Source: Gammaproteobacteria bacterium (GTDB lineage: Bacteria > Pseudomonadota > Gammaproteobacteria > Eutrophobiales > Eutrophobiaceae). Taken from it: a DNA stretch of 64,000 nucleotides. Positions 41,222-51,010 of the stretch are shown here, piece by piece; position 1 is the first letter of the stretch; every line of letters begins with the position of its first letter. The stretch covers positions 25,076 to 89,075 of the forward strand of contig CBDCSC010000002.1 in assembly GCA_965221335.1 (NCBI GenBank). The letters are read 5' to 3'. A model generated the notes under the pieces. That model searched no databases, was not told where the DNA came from, and saw only the letters and a list, made by a program, of their open reading frames with translations. The position numbers and the translations under genes are program-made.

Positions 41222-41958
41222 ACTTGCTCCTCCGGGGGCGCAGCCTGTTGCTCTTGCCACTTGTCAAAGTCTGCCAGGCTTTCCTTTGTCGCGGGAAAAA
41301 GCCCAAAAATGGAACGTCCCCCGCGAATGCGCTGTCGGGCATACTCTTCATACTCGGCGGCCGCGGACGCTTTTGTTGCAGCGTCTTCGGCAAGATGCGC
41401 AGGAACCACGACCACCGCATCGGCATCGCCCACTACTATATCACCGGGATAAACGCCCACATTGCCACAACCTATCGGCGCGTTGAGTTCCACCGGATGT
41501 AATGCAATGGGTGTCGCCGGTGTCACAGGCCGGCGCTGAAATGCCGGCAGCCCGGCGTCGATGATACTCGCGCTATCGCGCAACCCGCCATTGGTAACCA
41601 GCGCAACCACCCCGCGCATCTTCAAGCGTAACGCCATCATATCCCCCGCTACGGAAGCGCTAAGACAGTCCATCGCATCAATCACCAGCACGCTGCCAGC
41701 GGGGCATTCCTCTATCGCTCGCCGATGCAGATTATCTTCGCGCGAATAATTTTCCAAACCATCCAGGTCTTCGCGACTCGGGATGAAGCGCAGGGTATAG
41801 GCGGGACCGGCAAAGGGTTCCTGTTGCGCGCGCAGCGGAGCCAATCCTGACATGCAGGTGTTTTTCAAACCCTGCATCAGCAATACGTTGGCAATGGTTG
41901 CAGCGCCGCTTTGCTTCAGGGAAGCAAGATGCTGCCGGGACACTGCGGCAACTGTCAT
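41218..41958 (-). CDS. RraA-family protein (class II aldolase / oxaloacetate decarboxylase / RNase E inhibitor-like)
   Basis: 246 aa with the RraA/DlpA fold pattern (…GSVLVIDAM…ASVAGDMMA…GVVALVTNGGLRD…). Overlaps the ALDH start by ATGA. Confidence 0.65.
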   Translation of the reverse strand: MTVAAVSRQHLASLKQSGAATIANVLLMQGLKNTCMSGLAPLRAQQEPFAGPAYTLRFIPSREDLDGLENYSREDNLHRRAIEECPAGSVLVIDAMDCLSASVAGDMMALRLKMRGVVALVTNGGLRDSASIIDAGLPAFQRRPVTPATPIALHPVELNAPIGCGNVGVYPGDIVVGDADAVVVVPAHLAEDAATKASAAAEYEEYARQRIRGGRSIFGLFPATKESLADFDKWQEQQAAPPEEQV

Positions 41959-42416
41959 TTTGCTTCCTTGCCAACTTCAATTTCCTTGCGCAGGGCTTGC
42001 ACAAAATTCTCACCGATTGAATCTGCGACCTTATTCATCATCCCCTGGCTGAACTTGCCCAAGCGCCCAAGCAAGCTGATTTCCGAGCTGTACGTGACTT
42101 CTGTTGTTGTCTCATCCAGTGCCGTCAGCACCAGTTTGCTCTCCGCCTTCAGCCTGCTCGCCTTGCCGCCCTCGAACCCCCGGGTCAGGTAACGGGCAAA
42201 TTCAGGGGGAGATTCTTCAAGGGTCTCTATGTCAACCTTAAACCTGGCCTTAATCATGCCGATTTTTACTCTGATGACGGCCTGGTACGTGTTCTCGCCG
42301 GTATCTTCAACCTGCTCACAACCGGGGATACAGGCGGCAACCGCTTCAGGAGAGGTAATAAACTGCCAGACTGCTGCGCGGGCAGCGGCAACAGTAAAAG
42401 ATTTTTCAATTTTCAC
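41955..42416 (-). CDS. CoxG-like SRPBCC protein (carbon monoxide dehydrogenase subunit G family)
   Basis: 153 aa. Polyketide-cyclase/SRPBCC pattern. Immediately downstream of the Mo-hydroxylase genes. Confidence 0.65.
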   Translation of the reverse strand: MKIEKSFTVAAARAAVWQFITSPEAVAACIPGCEQVEDTGENTYQAVIRVKIGMIKARFKVDIETLEESPPEFARYLTRGFEGGKASRLKAESKLVLTALDETTTEVTYSSEISLLGRLGKFSQGMMNKVADSIGENFVQALRKEIEVGKEAK

Positions 42417-42434
42417 AACGACATAGAATATACA

Positions 42435-44762
42435 TCAAAGCCTGCCAAGGCCAGCCAGTATTTTCTCAGGCGTAATCGGCAACTCCCTGACGCGCACGCC
42501 GACTGCGTTATAAATCGCATTGGCAATCGCCGGCGCAGGCACGATAAGACAACATTCGGCAAGACTCTTGGCGCCGAACGGTCCGGTCTCTTCATTTGAT
42601 TCGATAAAGATACATTCTATTTTGCCAGGCATCTCCACCGCAGTAGGCATCTTGTACTCAAGAAAATCGCCGGTCAGGCAGGCGCCGGTATCCGGGTCAA
42701 ACTGAACATGTTCCATCAGCGCATAACCTATGCCTTGCTGCACCGCGCCTTCCACCTGGCCTTCAGCGCCTGATGGATAGATCACGCGCCCGATGTCATG
42801 GGCATAGACCACGTGGTCAACCTGCACCTGGCCGGTTTCAATATCAACCGCCACCTCCACAAACATTGCGCCGCAAGGTATCGGAGTTATGTTCGGGTTC
42901 AGGCTGGATATGCCGACTATCGTGCCGCGGAACGGGGTGGAATCCGGCTGCGGCCCCTGGGGGGTGTCGTGTATCAACGGGGAATCCGCCCGAAACGCGA
43001 CTTCCCGGATGCTTACCGCTGTTTCCTTACTGCCTTTGACGAACACCTTACCATCCCTGCTCTCCAGGTCCAGGGGATTGGCTTCCAGCATGGTCGCTGC
43101 GACCTCAAACATTTTCTGCTTGGCATTTTCCGCAGCCTGCCTGATTGCGCCACCGGCCGCGTAAGTGCCGCGACTGGCATGGGTAGGGGCGTCAAACGGC
43201 ACGTTGCCGGTATCGACATTGCTCATCCGCACCTGCTCGAAAGGAATACCAAGCTCTTCCGCCACCATCTGGCAGAATACCGTGTTCTGACCGGCGCCGA
43301 TGTCCATGCAGGCAGTGGCAATATCCGCCGAGCCGTCAGGGTTCAGCTTCACCAGCGCGCCCGAATGTTCGTATAAATCCGGCTGTCCGATACAGTTGGA
43401 AGTCCAGGTGGGCACACAAGCCATACCCAGTCCGCGTTGCAATGTGCCGGCATCGCTGTTGGGCTTCGTGCGGCGAGACCAGCCGATGCGTTCAGCGCCC
43501 TGTCTGATGCAGTCTTCGAGGCGGTAAGTGGTAAACGTCTGGTTGAATACCGGATGCGGCTCGCCTTCCTTATGGGTATTCCTGATCCGGACCTCCAGCG
43601 GGTCCAGCCCCATCTCCTCACAAATCTCATCCAACTGCGATTCCACCGCAAACGCCGCCTGCGGCGCGCCGTAGCCCCGAAAGCCGCCGCTGATCATATT
43701 ATTGGTGTGTACCGAGATGCCTTCCCAGCGCCGGTTCGGGCAATTATAGGTGTACATGAACCCGAACAGCCCATGCACCATGATAACGGTGGAACCGTGA
43801 GTGGCATACGCGCCGGCATCAAATGTGCTCTTGCCGCAGCGCGCCGTAATCGTCCCATCCTGTTTCATCCCGGTCTTGAGTTCCATCCGTACCGGGTTTC
43901 TCGCACCGGTAATAAACTCTTCGGCCCGGCTGTGCTCGAACCTGACCGGTTGGCCGGTCTTCAGACTCATCAGCGCAGCCAGCGGTTCGATATAACCCAG
44001 GTCCAACTTACCGCCGAAGCCACCGCCCATATATGGCGGCTTGATGACACGTATCTTACTTTCCGGAATATCCAGCACAAACGCGAGCTTCTCGCGCAAA
44101 CCGAACAAGTGCTGGTTGGAACTGTGCACCGTCAGGTTGCCGGTCGCATCGGATTCCACCACAACCAGGCGCGGTTCCATATAACAGGTATGCACCCGCT
44201 GGGTCTGGTAGCTGTGCTCAAAAACACGGTCTGCGTCGGCCAGCGCGGCATCCACGTCGCCGGTTTCAAAGAAAGGGTGCTTGGCAATATTGTTCTGTGT
44301 GTAATCATGCAGCGCCGGGGCGCCCTCGGCCATGGCCTCGGCGGTGCTGAACAGCGCCGGTAGTTCTTCGTATTCGACATCAATCAATTCCAGCGCCTGT
44401 GCGGCGATCTCGATTGAGGTTGCCGCCACGGTCGCGACGGGTTGCCCCGCATAACGCACGACATCACTCAATACCTGCATATCGTGATTGGCGCCATGTC
44501 CCTGTACCGGCATAAAAAAAATCGGATTGAATTTCTTCTTCGGCACATCGTCAGGCGTCAGAATTGCTTTCACACCGGGCAGCTTTTCAGCCTCGGTGGT
44601 ATCGATTGACAGGATCCTCGCATGCGCATAATTGCTGCGCAGCAACTTGCCGTGCAGCATGCCCGGCAAAGTGACGTTGACCGGATAGCCCCGCCCACCC
44701 TTGACTTTATCAAGGGCATCCACATTGCGAACGTTTGCGCCTATATACGCTGCTTCGGACAT
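42435..44762 (-). CDS. Molybdopterin-binding large subunit of a xanthine-dehydrogenase-family hydroxylase
   Basis: 775-aa aldehyde oxidase/xanthine dehydrogenase a/b hammerhead plus MoCo-binding domains. It is the L subunit of an M-S-L arrangement. Confidence 0.8.
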   Translation of the reverse strand: MSEAAYIGANVRNVDALDKVKGGRGYPVNVTLPGMLHGKLLRSNYAHARILSIDTTEAEKLPGVKAILTPDDVPKKKFNPIFFMPVQGHGANHDMQVLSDVVRYAGQPVATVAATSIEIAAQALELIDVEYEELPALFSTAEAMAEGAPALHDYTQNNIAKHPFFETGDVDAALADADRVFEHSYQTQRVHTCYMEPRLVVVESDATGNLTVHSSNQHLFGLREKLAFVLDIPESKIRVIKPPYMGGGFGGKLDLGYIEPLAALMSLKTGQPVRFEHSRAEEFITGARNPVRMELKTGMKQDGTITARCGKSTFDAGAYATHGSTVIMVHGLFGFMYTYNCPNRRWEGISVHTNNMISGGFRGYGAPQAAFAVESQLDEICEEMGLDPLEVRIRNTHKEGEPHPVFNQTFTTYRLEDCIRQGAERIGWSRRTKPNSDAGTLQRGLGMACVPTWTSNCIGQPDLYEHSGALVKLNPDGSADIATACMDIGAGQNTVFCQMVAEELGIPFEQVRMSNVDTGNVPFDAPTHASRGTYAAGGAIRQAAENAKQKMFEVAATMLEANPLDLESRDGKVFVKGSKETAVSIREVAFRADSPLIHDTPQGPQPDSTPFRGTIVGISSLNPNITPIPCGAMFVEVAVDIETGQVQVDHVVYAHDIGRVIYPSGAEGQVEGAVQQGIGYALMEHVQFDPDTGACLTGDFLEYKMPTAVEMPGKIECIFIESNEETGPFGAKSLAECCLIVPAPAIANAIYNAVGVRVRELPITPEKILAGLGRL

Positions 44763-44768
44763 ACCGAA

Positions 44769-45245
44769 TTACCTGCCGGCCGCCGCACCGATAGCCTTCA
44801 CTATCTTATGATAACCGGTACAGCGACACAGATTGCCTGCAATCGCTTGTCTGATCTCGGTCTCAGACGGATTGTCATTGTGTGCGAGCAATTCTTCCGC
44901 CGCCATGATAAATCCGCAACTGCAATAACCGCATTGTACTGCGCCCTGGTCGACAAAAGCCTGCTGAACCGCGCTCACATCAGCCCCGGCCGCCAAGCCT
45001 TCAACCGTGGTGATGGCGCGCCCCTGAACTGACAGGGCATAGGTCATACATGCATACCGGGAACAACCATCGATTAATACGGTGCAACAACCGCAACCCC
45101 CCGTGTCGCACCCGCGCTTGGGGCCAAGCAACCGCAGCTCATCCCGTAATACCTGTAACAGCGTCGCACCCGGTTCAATGGCAACCTCTGTTACATCACC
45201 GTTAATATTCAGACTGACCAGTTGTTTCATCCTGCACTCACCCAC
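44769..45245 (-). CDS. [2Fe-2S]-binding small subunit of Mo hydroxylase
   Basis: Two 2Fe-2S Cys clusters (C..GxCGxC…C and C…CGYC/CxxC). Confidence 0.8.
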   Translation of the reverse strand: MGECRMKQLVSLNINGDVTEVAIEPGATLLQVLRDELRLLGPKRGCDTGGCGCCTVLIDGCSRYACMTYALSVQGRAITTVEGLAAGADVSAVQQAFVDQGAVQCGYCSCGFIMAAEELLAHNDNPSETEIRQAIAGNLCRCTGYHKIVKAIGAAAGR

Positions 45246-46116
45246 TTATTTCCAACTGCGCCAGGCATCGATGGAGACAGCGCCGCACCAGCACCTCTGC
45301 CATGGCCTTGCGGTAACGGGCCGAACCGCGATGATCGGACAACGGGTCGACATCCTCTTTGGCCAACGCAGCCGCCTGCTCGATTTTGGCCCCGGTCATG
45401 GCCTTGCCGCTCAAGGCCTGCTCTACGGACACGGCGCGCACCGGCACTTCCCCGACCCCACCGCCGACGAATACCTTGATGTCTGTACAGGTATTACCGT
45501 TTGCGCTCACGGCCACCGCGGCATTCAGGATCGCCAAATCGTTGGCGTTGGTTTCCAGTTTCTCAAACGCGCTGGCGCGGTTCTGTCTCAGCGGCACCCG
45601 GATTTCCTGCAACAACTCGTCTTCATTAAGCGCGTTTTCGAACAATGACAGGAAAAAGGACTCCAGCGCAATGTCTCTGGCGCCCGCCGAACCATACGCG
45701 ACAATGCCGGCATCAAGCGCCAGCAAACTGATGGGCAAATCCAGAAACGGGCAAGCTGAGGCTACACTGCCACCGATACTGGCGGCATTTTTTATCTGCG
45801 GCGGCGGGTATTTCAACGCATCCCGGATCGCGCCAAGATTGGATTGCTGTTGTATATCCGGGCTGCTTTCCAATTGCCGTAACAGACAGGTGGCCCCGAT
45901 GCGTAGTTGCTCATCGTTACTATCAATGTAGGCCAAATCCAGGTCGTTGATATCAATCAGGCGCTTGATATTGACAATCAGCCCGCGTGCGACCAGCCCA
46001 TGGATAAAGGTGCCGCCGCTGACGATTAACGCTTCATCCTCATACTGTGTTAACAGCGCCGCCACTTCCTGCAGACGCTGCGGACGATGATAGTGTTCCA
46101 GACTGGTCAAGATCAT
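45238..46116 (-). CDS. FAD-binding medium subunit of Mo hydroxylase (CoxM-like)
   Basis: 292-aa FAD_binding_5/CO-dehydrogenase flavoprotein pattern (…VSGGTFIHGL…). It is the first gene of the M-S-L cluster. Confidence 0.75.
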   Translation of the reverse strand: MILTSLEHYHRPQRLQEVAALLTQYEDEALIVSGGTFIHGLVARGLIVNIKRLIDINDLDLAYIDSNDEQLRIGATCLLRQLESSPDIQQQSNLGAIRDALKYPPPQIKNAASIGGSVASACPFLDLPISLLALDAGIVAYGSAGARDIALESFFLSLFENALNEDELLQEIRVPLRQNRASAFEKLETNANDLAILNAAVAVSANGNTCTDIKVFVGGGVGEVPVRAVSVEQALSGKAMTGAKIEQAAALAKEDVDPLSDHRGSARYRKAMAEVLVRRCLHRCLAQLEISG

Positions 46117-46235
46117 GAAAATGTCTTCGCTTTGATTGCAGCGGTGGTTGTTGCCATACGCCGGCGCAACCCTGTAATGTTCTTTATAAAATACTATATA
46201 CTATTTCATAAAGTGGATACAACCTTGAGAAATTT

Positions 46236-46643
46236 ATGACTCTTGAACTTAAAATCGATACCAATAATCTCGACCCGGACAAATGGATGACATTCGAGAA
46301 TATCGAACTGCGCCAATATATCCTGTGGGAAGACGAGGTTACCGGCGCCAGCCAGGCCTTGCTGGATTTTCCGGCCGGTTCCGGGATCCCCGACAAACAT
46401 TCACATGCATCAAACCAGTTCATGTTCTGCCTGGAAGGTGAATATGAATACACGGATTCGAATATTATTCTGACGCCCGGTTGTTTCTACATGAATCCGA
46501 AAGACCACCCCCATGGTCCGACCCTGGCAAGAAAGCGCAGCCTGCTGCTGGAAATATATGACGGACCACACTACCACGATATGCCGGAGTATCATACTGA
46601 CAAGACCATAGGCAGGTTGACCAATGCCCCGACAGGTAACTGA
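46236..46643 (+). CDS. Cupin-domain protein
   Basis: 135 aa with two His-containing cupin motifs (…HSHASNQFMFCLEGEYEY…PKDHPHG…). Lower-GC segment. Confidence 0.5.
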   Translation: MTLELKIDTNNLDPDKWMTFENIELRQYILWEDEVTGASQALLDFPAGSGIPDKHSHASNQFMFCLEGEYEYTDSNIILTPGCFYMNPKDHPHGPTLARKRSLLLEIYDGPHYHDMPEYHTDKTIGRLTNAPTGN

Positions 46644-47046
46644 CAAGCAGCGCATTGTTTCTGCGCAGGTTGCTGAGCCCGCCCCGAAACGATGGTCCAA
46701 TTGTTTGCGGGTGGGGGATACGGTCTATATTTCCGGCATGACTTCCCGTGGCGCCGACCAGGTCACGATAGAGGGCGCAGATGAATATGAACAAGCCGGG
46801 ATTATCTTTAAAAAAATACGCAACCTGGCGCAAGCGGCAGGGGGAGTCATGGATGACATCGTGATGATGACCATTTACGTGACTGATATAAGCAATAACC
46901 ATAAAATCTGGAAAGCCAGGGAAGAGTATTTCAACGGCGACTTCCCCACTTGCACATTGGTCGAAGTCAGCGCGCTGGCCACGCCGGAAATTTTCGTAGA
47001 AATCAACGCCATCGCGCACATCGGCTGTTCAGGGTCGCCGGCTTGA
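46624..47046 (+). CDS. RidA/YjgF-family protein
   Basis: The C-terminus matches the RidA fold (…PTCTLVEVSALATPEIFVEINAIA…). The start may be at a later Met. Confidence 0.65.
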   Translation: MPRQVTDKQRIVSAQVAEPAPKRWSNCLRVGDTVYISGMTSRGADQVTIEGADEYEQAGIIFKKIRNLAQAAGGVMDDIVMMTIYVTDISNNHKIWKAREEYFNGDFPTCTLVEVSALATPEIFVEINAIAHIGCSGSPA

Positions 47047-47264
47047 AGCCAGGCATGCCGGTATTGATAGCGGGCGTCGCGCCCGCGCTCCTGAGGAAAC
47101 AAGTGATCGACTTATCAAATGTAAACGGCACAGCGGGTGTCAGGATGTTAAGTATGCGGTTGTCCTGTCTCAGAGGTTCCTTTATTAATATTTTACAAAA
47201 AAGGTTAGCTATAATATTATAAGGAATGTTATCAGGCAGTTGCCAATTCCCGGGGGATAATGAC

Positions 47265-48155
47265 ATGAAACTTACTCGTATTACATCCGTACTTTCTGGA
47301 ATCATTCTGCTGTTATCGCCGTTGTCCATATTACAAGCCGCGGACGAACAAAGCCGGTTTTCTAATACGAATATTCAGGCGGCCTACACCAGTAGCGCAG
47401 ATAATGATTTTCTAATCGGTTATGGTTCAAAAGGAGGAGAGCGCTGGCAGTTCAGGTTTGAACATCAGAGTTATAACCGTATCGGGGAGAACTATGTCTT
47501 CGCGGACGTGGTTAAAATGGATGAAGACATCGGCGGCGCCTATGGAGAAGGCGACGATACGGCCGTATTTGCATTGTGGAATAGCAATATAAGCCTGGAG
47601 AAACTGTTTAAAACGGATTTCAACATACCGCTAATCAAGGATGCGGCGCTTGAGTTCCGCGCCGAATACGGCAGTTTTTATAACTATTATGCGGTTGCCG
47701 GTGGCGCCTCGGTTTACCTGGATATACCCGGTTTCACCGACAAGCCCGGAGAAAAGGTGCACCTGGTTTATTGGCGCCGGTTCAATTGCGATGATTTTAT
47801 CACCGGACCGTTTGGAGACCCTGATGGTGATTGCTATGACGACCATAATTTCTGGGGCTTGAATATCAGGAAAGAATGGGAGATGTTCGGTATGAACTGG
47901 AATCATCAGACTTTTTTCCGTTTCCAGCAGTCTACCGGCAATGCTGATGACCCCGGTAATCCGGCCGGGCGCCACAACCGGATATTCCTTGAGTTGGAAG
48001 TATTCGCTTACCCGTTCAGAAATTTCGCTATTGGCGGCCGACTGGAATATTTCTGGGATGAAGGCGGTATAGATTACGACCCGAACACCTTTGCGGTCGA
48101 CCTGAATAACAAGGACGACTGGAGACCCATGGTTGTGTTCAGAATGGACTTCTAA
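47265..48155 (+). CDS. Putative outer-membrane beta-barrel protein
   Basis: Signal peptide (MKLTRITSVLSGIILLLSPLSILQA). Alternating hydrophobic beta-strand pattern. A C-terminal Phe, typical of OMPs. Confidence 0.5.
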   Translation: MKLTRITSVLSGIILLLSPLSILQAADEQSRFSNTNIQAAYTSSADNDFLIGYGSKGGERWQFRFEHQSYNRIGENYVFADVVKMDEDIGGAYGEGDDTAVFALWNSNISLEKLFKTDFNIPLIKDAALEFRAEYGSFYNYYAVAGGASVYLDIPGFTDKPGEKVHLVYWRRFNCDDFITGPFGDPDGDCYDDHNFWGLNIRKEWEMFGMNWNHQTFFRFQQSTGNADDPGNPAGRHNRIFLELEVFAYPFRNFAIGGRLEYFWDEGGIDYDPNTFAVDLNNKDDWRPMVVFRMDF

Positions 48156-48225
48156 GGAACCTCTGATAAAGTCAGAAGTTCCAACGGTGTCCGTTTGTGT
48201 GGCAGATCCGGAAACAGAAGGAACC

Positions 48226-48780
48226 TCAACCCGAAATACCCCAGGTCACCAGGTAATCGGGGCTTTTCGCAGGTTTGCTGATGGTTGTGTTAAGCACCTG
48301 TTTTGTGGCCTGTTCGGTACTGAGTCGCGCCATTTTCAGCGCTGCTGCCATTTCCCTGCTCCAGTTGTTTGCATGCTTGATGCGCGCCACATCGGCGGGT
48401 GGTAATAACAGGGAATGTTGCCAGCCGGCGCCTGGCAGGTAGCGATGCTCGCCGTAAATCACCATTGTGCCGCCCTGGCTGCGGGCCAGTTCTCCCAGAA
48501 CAAAGGCAGCAGCGCCTTTTGTGCAACCGGCGATGGTCGTTTTCATGTGCCCGGCGTTGTACAGCTCGCGGAAAGTTGCCGCAGGGTCGTGCTTAAGTAT
48601 ATGGATAGTGTCTGCCCTGCTTTCCAATGCCCGCTTGAATTCAACGCTTTGTGCGATGCCGCGTTCATAGACGATTTTGAACTGCGCCGGCGGTAGTATC
48701 AGCGCGGCAACAGAAGCGGGCAAGGCCGAACCTGCGACGGATGCTGCGGCACATTTTAATATTCTCCTTCGGCTAACCAT
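48226..48780 (-). CDS. Tat-signal periplasmic hypothetical protein (184 aa)
   Basis: Twin-arginine leader (SRRRILKCAAASVAGSALP). No recognisable domain. Co-oriented with the cytochrome c and flavoprotein genes. Confidence 0.45.
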   Translation of the reverse strand: MVSRRRILKCAAASVAGSALPASVAALILPPAQFKIVYERGIAQSVEFKRALESRADTIHILKHDPAATFRELYNAGHMKTTIAGCTKGAAAFVLGELARSQGGTMVIYGEHRYLPGAGWQHSLLLPPADVARIKHANNWSREMAAALKMARLSTEQATKQVLNTTISKPAKSPDYLVTWGISG

Positions 48781-48785
48781 AGCGC

Positions 48786-49115
48786 TTACCGGCCCAGGAA
48801 CTCTGTCAGGGCATCCAACTCCGCGGCGCTGATTTCCGTGATGCGGAACGAGGGCATCTCGTCCAGTCCGCGGCGCACGACCACCCGGATGTACTCGCGG
48901 CTGAGATCATCCCGTTCGGTCAGCAGAGACTTGTCTTCACCTTTGTCCCAGGCCAGGCGCAGGGTGCCCGGGCCGCTGTTGTCTTCGCCATGGCAGTGGA
49001 TGCACCACTGCTGAAATACCCTTTCCCCGGTTGCAACGTCGTCCGCCCGGAGTGGATGTATCATTACGATTAAGACAATGATGATGGGTGTGAACCGGTT
49101 CATGGTTGTTCTCAC
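48786..49115 (-). CDS. Class I c-type cytochrome (PchC-like cytochrome subunit)
   Basis: Signal peptide plus a single CIHCHG haem-binding motif; 109 aa. Immediately downstream of the PchF-like flavoprotein. Confidence 0.75.
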   Translation of the reverse strand: MRTTMNRFTPIIIVLIVMIHPLRADDVATGERVFQQWCIHCHGEDNSGPGTLRLAWDKGEDKSLLTERDDLSREYIRVVVRRGLDEMPSFRITEISAAELDALTEFLGR

Positions 49116-49122
49116 AGGCGTG

Positions 49123-50745
49123 TCAGCCAGCGCTCTTGTCTTCCCGCGGTTCCGCCTGGGGCGGCGCGCCCTCGGGTTTGGTCTCCCGCAATCGTTGCGG
49201 CCAGATGCCTTGTTTGCCCGGGGCGAGTATGCCGTTCGGGTCCAATGCGTCCTTGAGCTTGTTGTTCAGGCGCGCCAGGGAGTTGTCGTTCCAGTTGTAA
49301 GTGGCGGCTACCTGGTCCATAAAAGCAAGATGAGTCCGATACTCGCCATAACCGGCTTCCGCCGCTTCACGGATCAGTATGTCGAACAATTGGTACGCGC
49401 GTTGCTTCTTGTCGGGGTCGTTCTTGTCGAAAGCCAGGGTGTAGATATGGTGCATCTCGCGCCAACCGACAATGAAGACTCCCATATAATCGAAACCATG
49501 TTCATGGGCGCGCTGTTTCACCATATTGAATTGCCTGATGGCATCCTCGCCGGTGGTGGGCGACACCGGGGAGAAATCGATATGACCGCCACCGCCGACC
49601 CAGTTCACCAGCCCGAATTCAGTCAGGGTCGGAACCCCGGCCATGGTTTTGGCGCGGTGATGCAGGACATCGTTTTTGTCCTTCCGGTCTTCGGGAAAGT
49701 AAACCTGCGCGCCGGGAACCTGTGCAAAAGCATCTTGGATAATTTCCCAGTGAGCATCCATGATCTTTGGCGGGCCATACAGCGCTGAATAAAAATTCCA
49801 TGCGCCGATTTGCTGGTCAGCCATGATCTTCTTGCGGATGCTGTCCGGCAGCGGCCCGTCGCCGTCGTAATATTCGGTCCTGCTGGTATTCAGTGAGGCA
49901 ACCAGGTGCAGGTCGCGGATGGTCGCGGCGTTTTGTATCACCAGGTTGACCTTCAGCGGTCGGATGATCTCCACGACCTGTTCGATATCCTCATCTCGCG
50001 GAAACGTGATCAGGTAAGGACGATAGCCCGGCGGTTCCGGCATCAGCCAGACACCCAGCTTGGTGACTATTCCGTAGTTGGACTGCGTAAACAGCCCGTC
50101 GTGGTACGGGCCAAAACCATACTTGAACAGTTGCCAGGTATTATTCCCCGGCATGGAGCCCATTCCGGTGCGGACAACATCGCCATCGGCCAGGACTACC
50201 TCCATGCCGCATTGGCGCATGAAGTGGTCGCCGTAAGGCGTATAACCTGCTCCCCGTTCCAGGGTTGTGCCCAGCACACTGCCCCAACCGGGATCCGGCA
50301 CATCCAGCCACAGTTTGATGCCGCGCTCCTGTATGTATTGATACAGGTCAAAAAAACTGACCCCGGGTTCCACCAGCGCATATCCAAATTGTTCATTGAC
50401 TTCCAGCACCCGGTTCATGCGCTTCAGGTCCAGCACGACACTGCCCGGCAGACGCGGCGCAGCGCCACCGTAGGCCAGGTTTTTGCCGCAAGACACCGGC
50501 CATAGCGGGATGTTGAAATCGTTGGCGATTTTCAGAATGGCGCGGATTTCTTCAACACCGTCGGGCGCAATCGACGCTGACGGGCGAAAATGTGCATCAT
50601 CGACTATTGCGTAGGGATCGCGATAACTGAGCAGTTCCCCGGTTTCTTCAGCGAATACCCAGTCAGCGCCGACAACTTTACGAAAAGCGGCAAGGGCTTG
50701 TTCGAACTGTCTGTTATTGACACCAGGAGGAAGTATATTTGTCAT
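49123..50745 (-). CDS. VAO/PCMH-family flavoprotein (p-cresol methylhydroxylase PchF-like / 4-alkylphenol dehydrogenase flavoprotein subunit)
   Basis: 540 aa. FAD_binding_4 N-domain and a PCMH-type C-domain. Pairing with a small cytochrome c is typical of flavocytochrome c PCMH. Confidence 0.7.
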   Translation of the reverse strand: MTNILPPGVNNRQFEQALAAFRKVVGADWVFAEETGELLSYRDPYAIVDDAHFRPSASIAPDGVEEIRAILKIANDFNIPLWPVSCGKNLAYGGAAPRLPGSVVLDLKRMNRVLEVNEQFGYALVEPGVSFFDLYQYIQERGIKLWLDVPDPGWGSVLGTTLERGAGYTPYGDHFMRQCGMEVVLADGDVVRTGMGSMPGNNTWQLFKYGFGPYHDGLFTQSNYGIVTKLGVWLMPEPPGYRPYLITFPRDEDIEQVVEIIRPLKVNLVIQNAATIRDLHLVASLNTSRTEYYDGDGPLPDSIRKKIMADQQIGAWNFYSALYGPPKIMDAHWEIIQDAFAQVPGAQVYFPEDRKDKNDVLHHRAKTMAGVPTLTEFGLVNWVGGGGHIDFSPVSPTTGEDAIRQFNMVKQRAHEHGFDYMGVFIVGWREMHHIYTLAFDKNDPDKKQRAYQLFDILIREAAEAGYGEYRTHLAFMDQVAATYNWNDNSLARLNNKLKDALDPNGILAPGKQGIWPQRLRETKPEGAPPQAEPREDKSAG

Positions 50746-50804
50746 GGTCCCCTTGCTTTTTCTTCTGAATCATAGCGGATGTATATAATCATGTCACTAT
50801 CTGG

Positions 50805-50880
50805 TGAACAAAGGGTCGCCCTTCGGGCGACACAGTATTTCACTGGACTCCCGCTTTCGCGGGAGTGGTGCGGGGGTATA
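50805..50880. repeat. Second copy (reverse orientation) of the REP/MITE-like unit seen at 3318-3590
   Basis: The reverse complement reads CCACTCCCGCGAAAGCGGGAGTCCAGTGAAATACTGTGTCGCCCGAAGGGCGAC, nearly identical to 3480-3537. Intergenic, between divergent genes. Confidence 0.8.
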
Positions 50881-51010
50881 TCCTGGCTCGTGCCAATAGT
50901 TATATGCTTGCGCAATCCCGGATTATGCGGGTTTAGGGCGCTGGCTTGTCCCGCTTATCGCCATATATCATAATTCCATGTATTGATAACACATGAGAGG
51001 CGGGGAGAGG

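Noticed and set aside
40766-41502. 228-aa and 131-aa plus-strand ORFs overlapping the ALDH7 and RraA-like genes.
   Set aside because: The opposite-strand proteins are strongly conserved, and these translations are low-complexity.
43437-44363. 308-aa ORF antisense to the Mo-hydroxylase large subunit.
   Set aside because: Shadow ORF inside a 775-aa conserved gene.
49078-49788. 236-aa plus-strand ORF spanning the cytochrome c / flavoprotein junction.
   Set aside because: Antisense to two well-supported genes. No domains.
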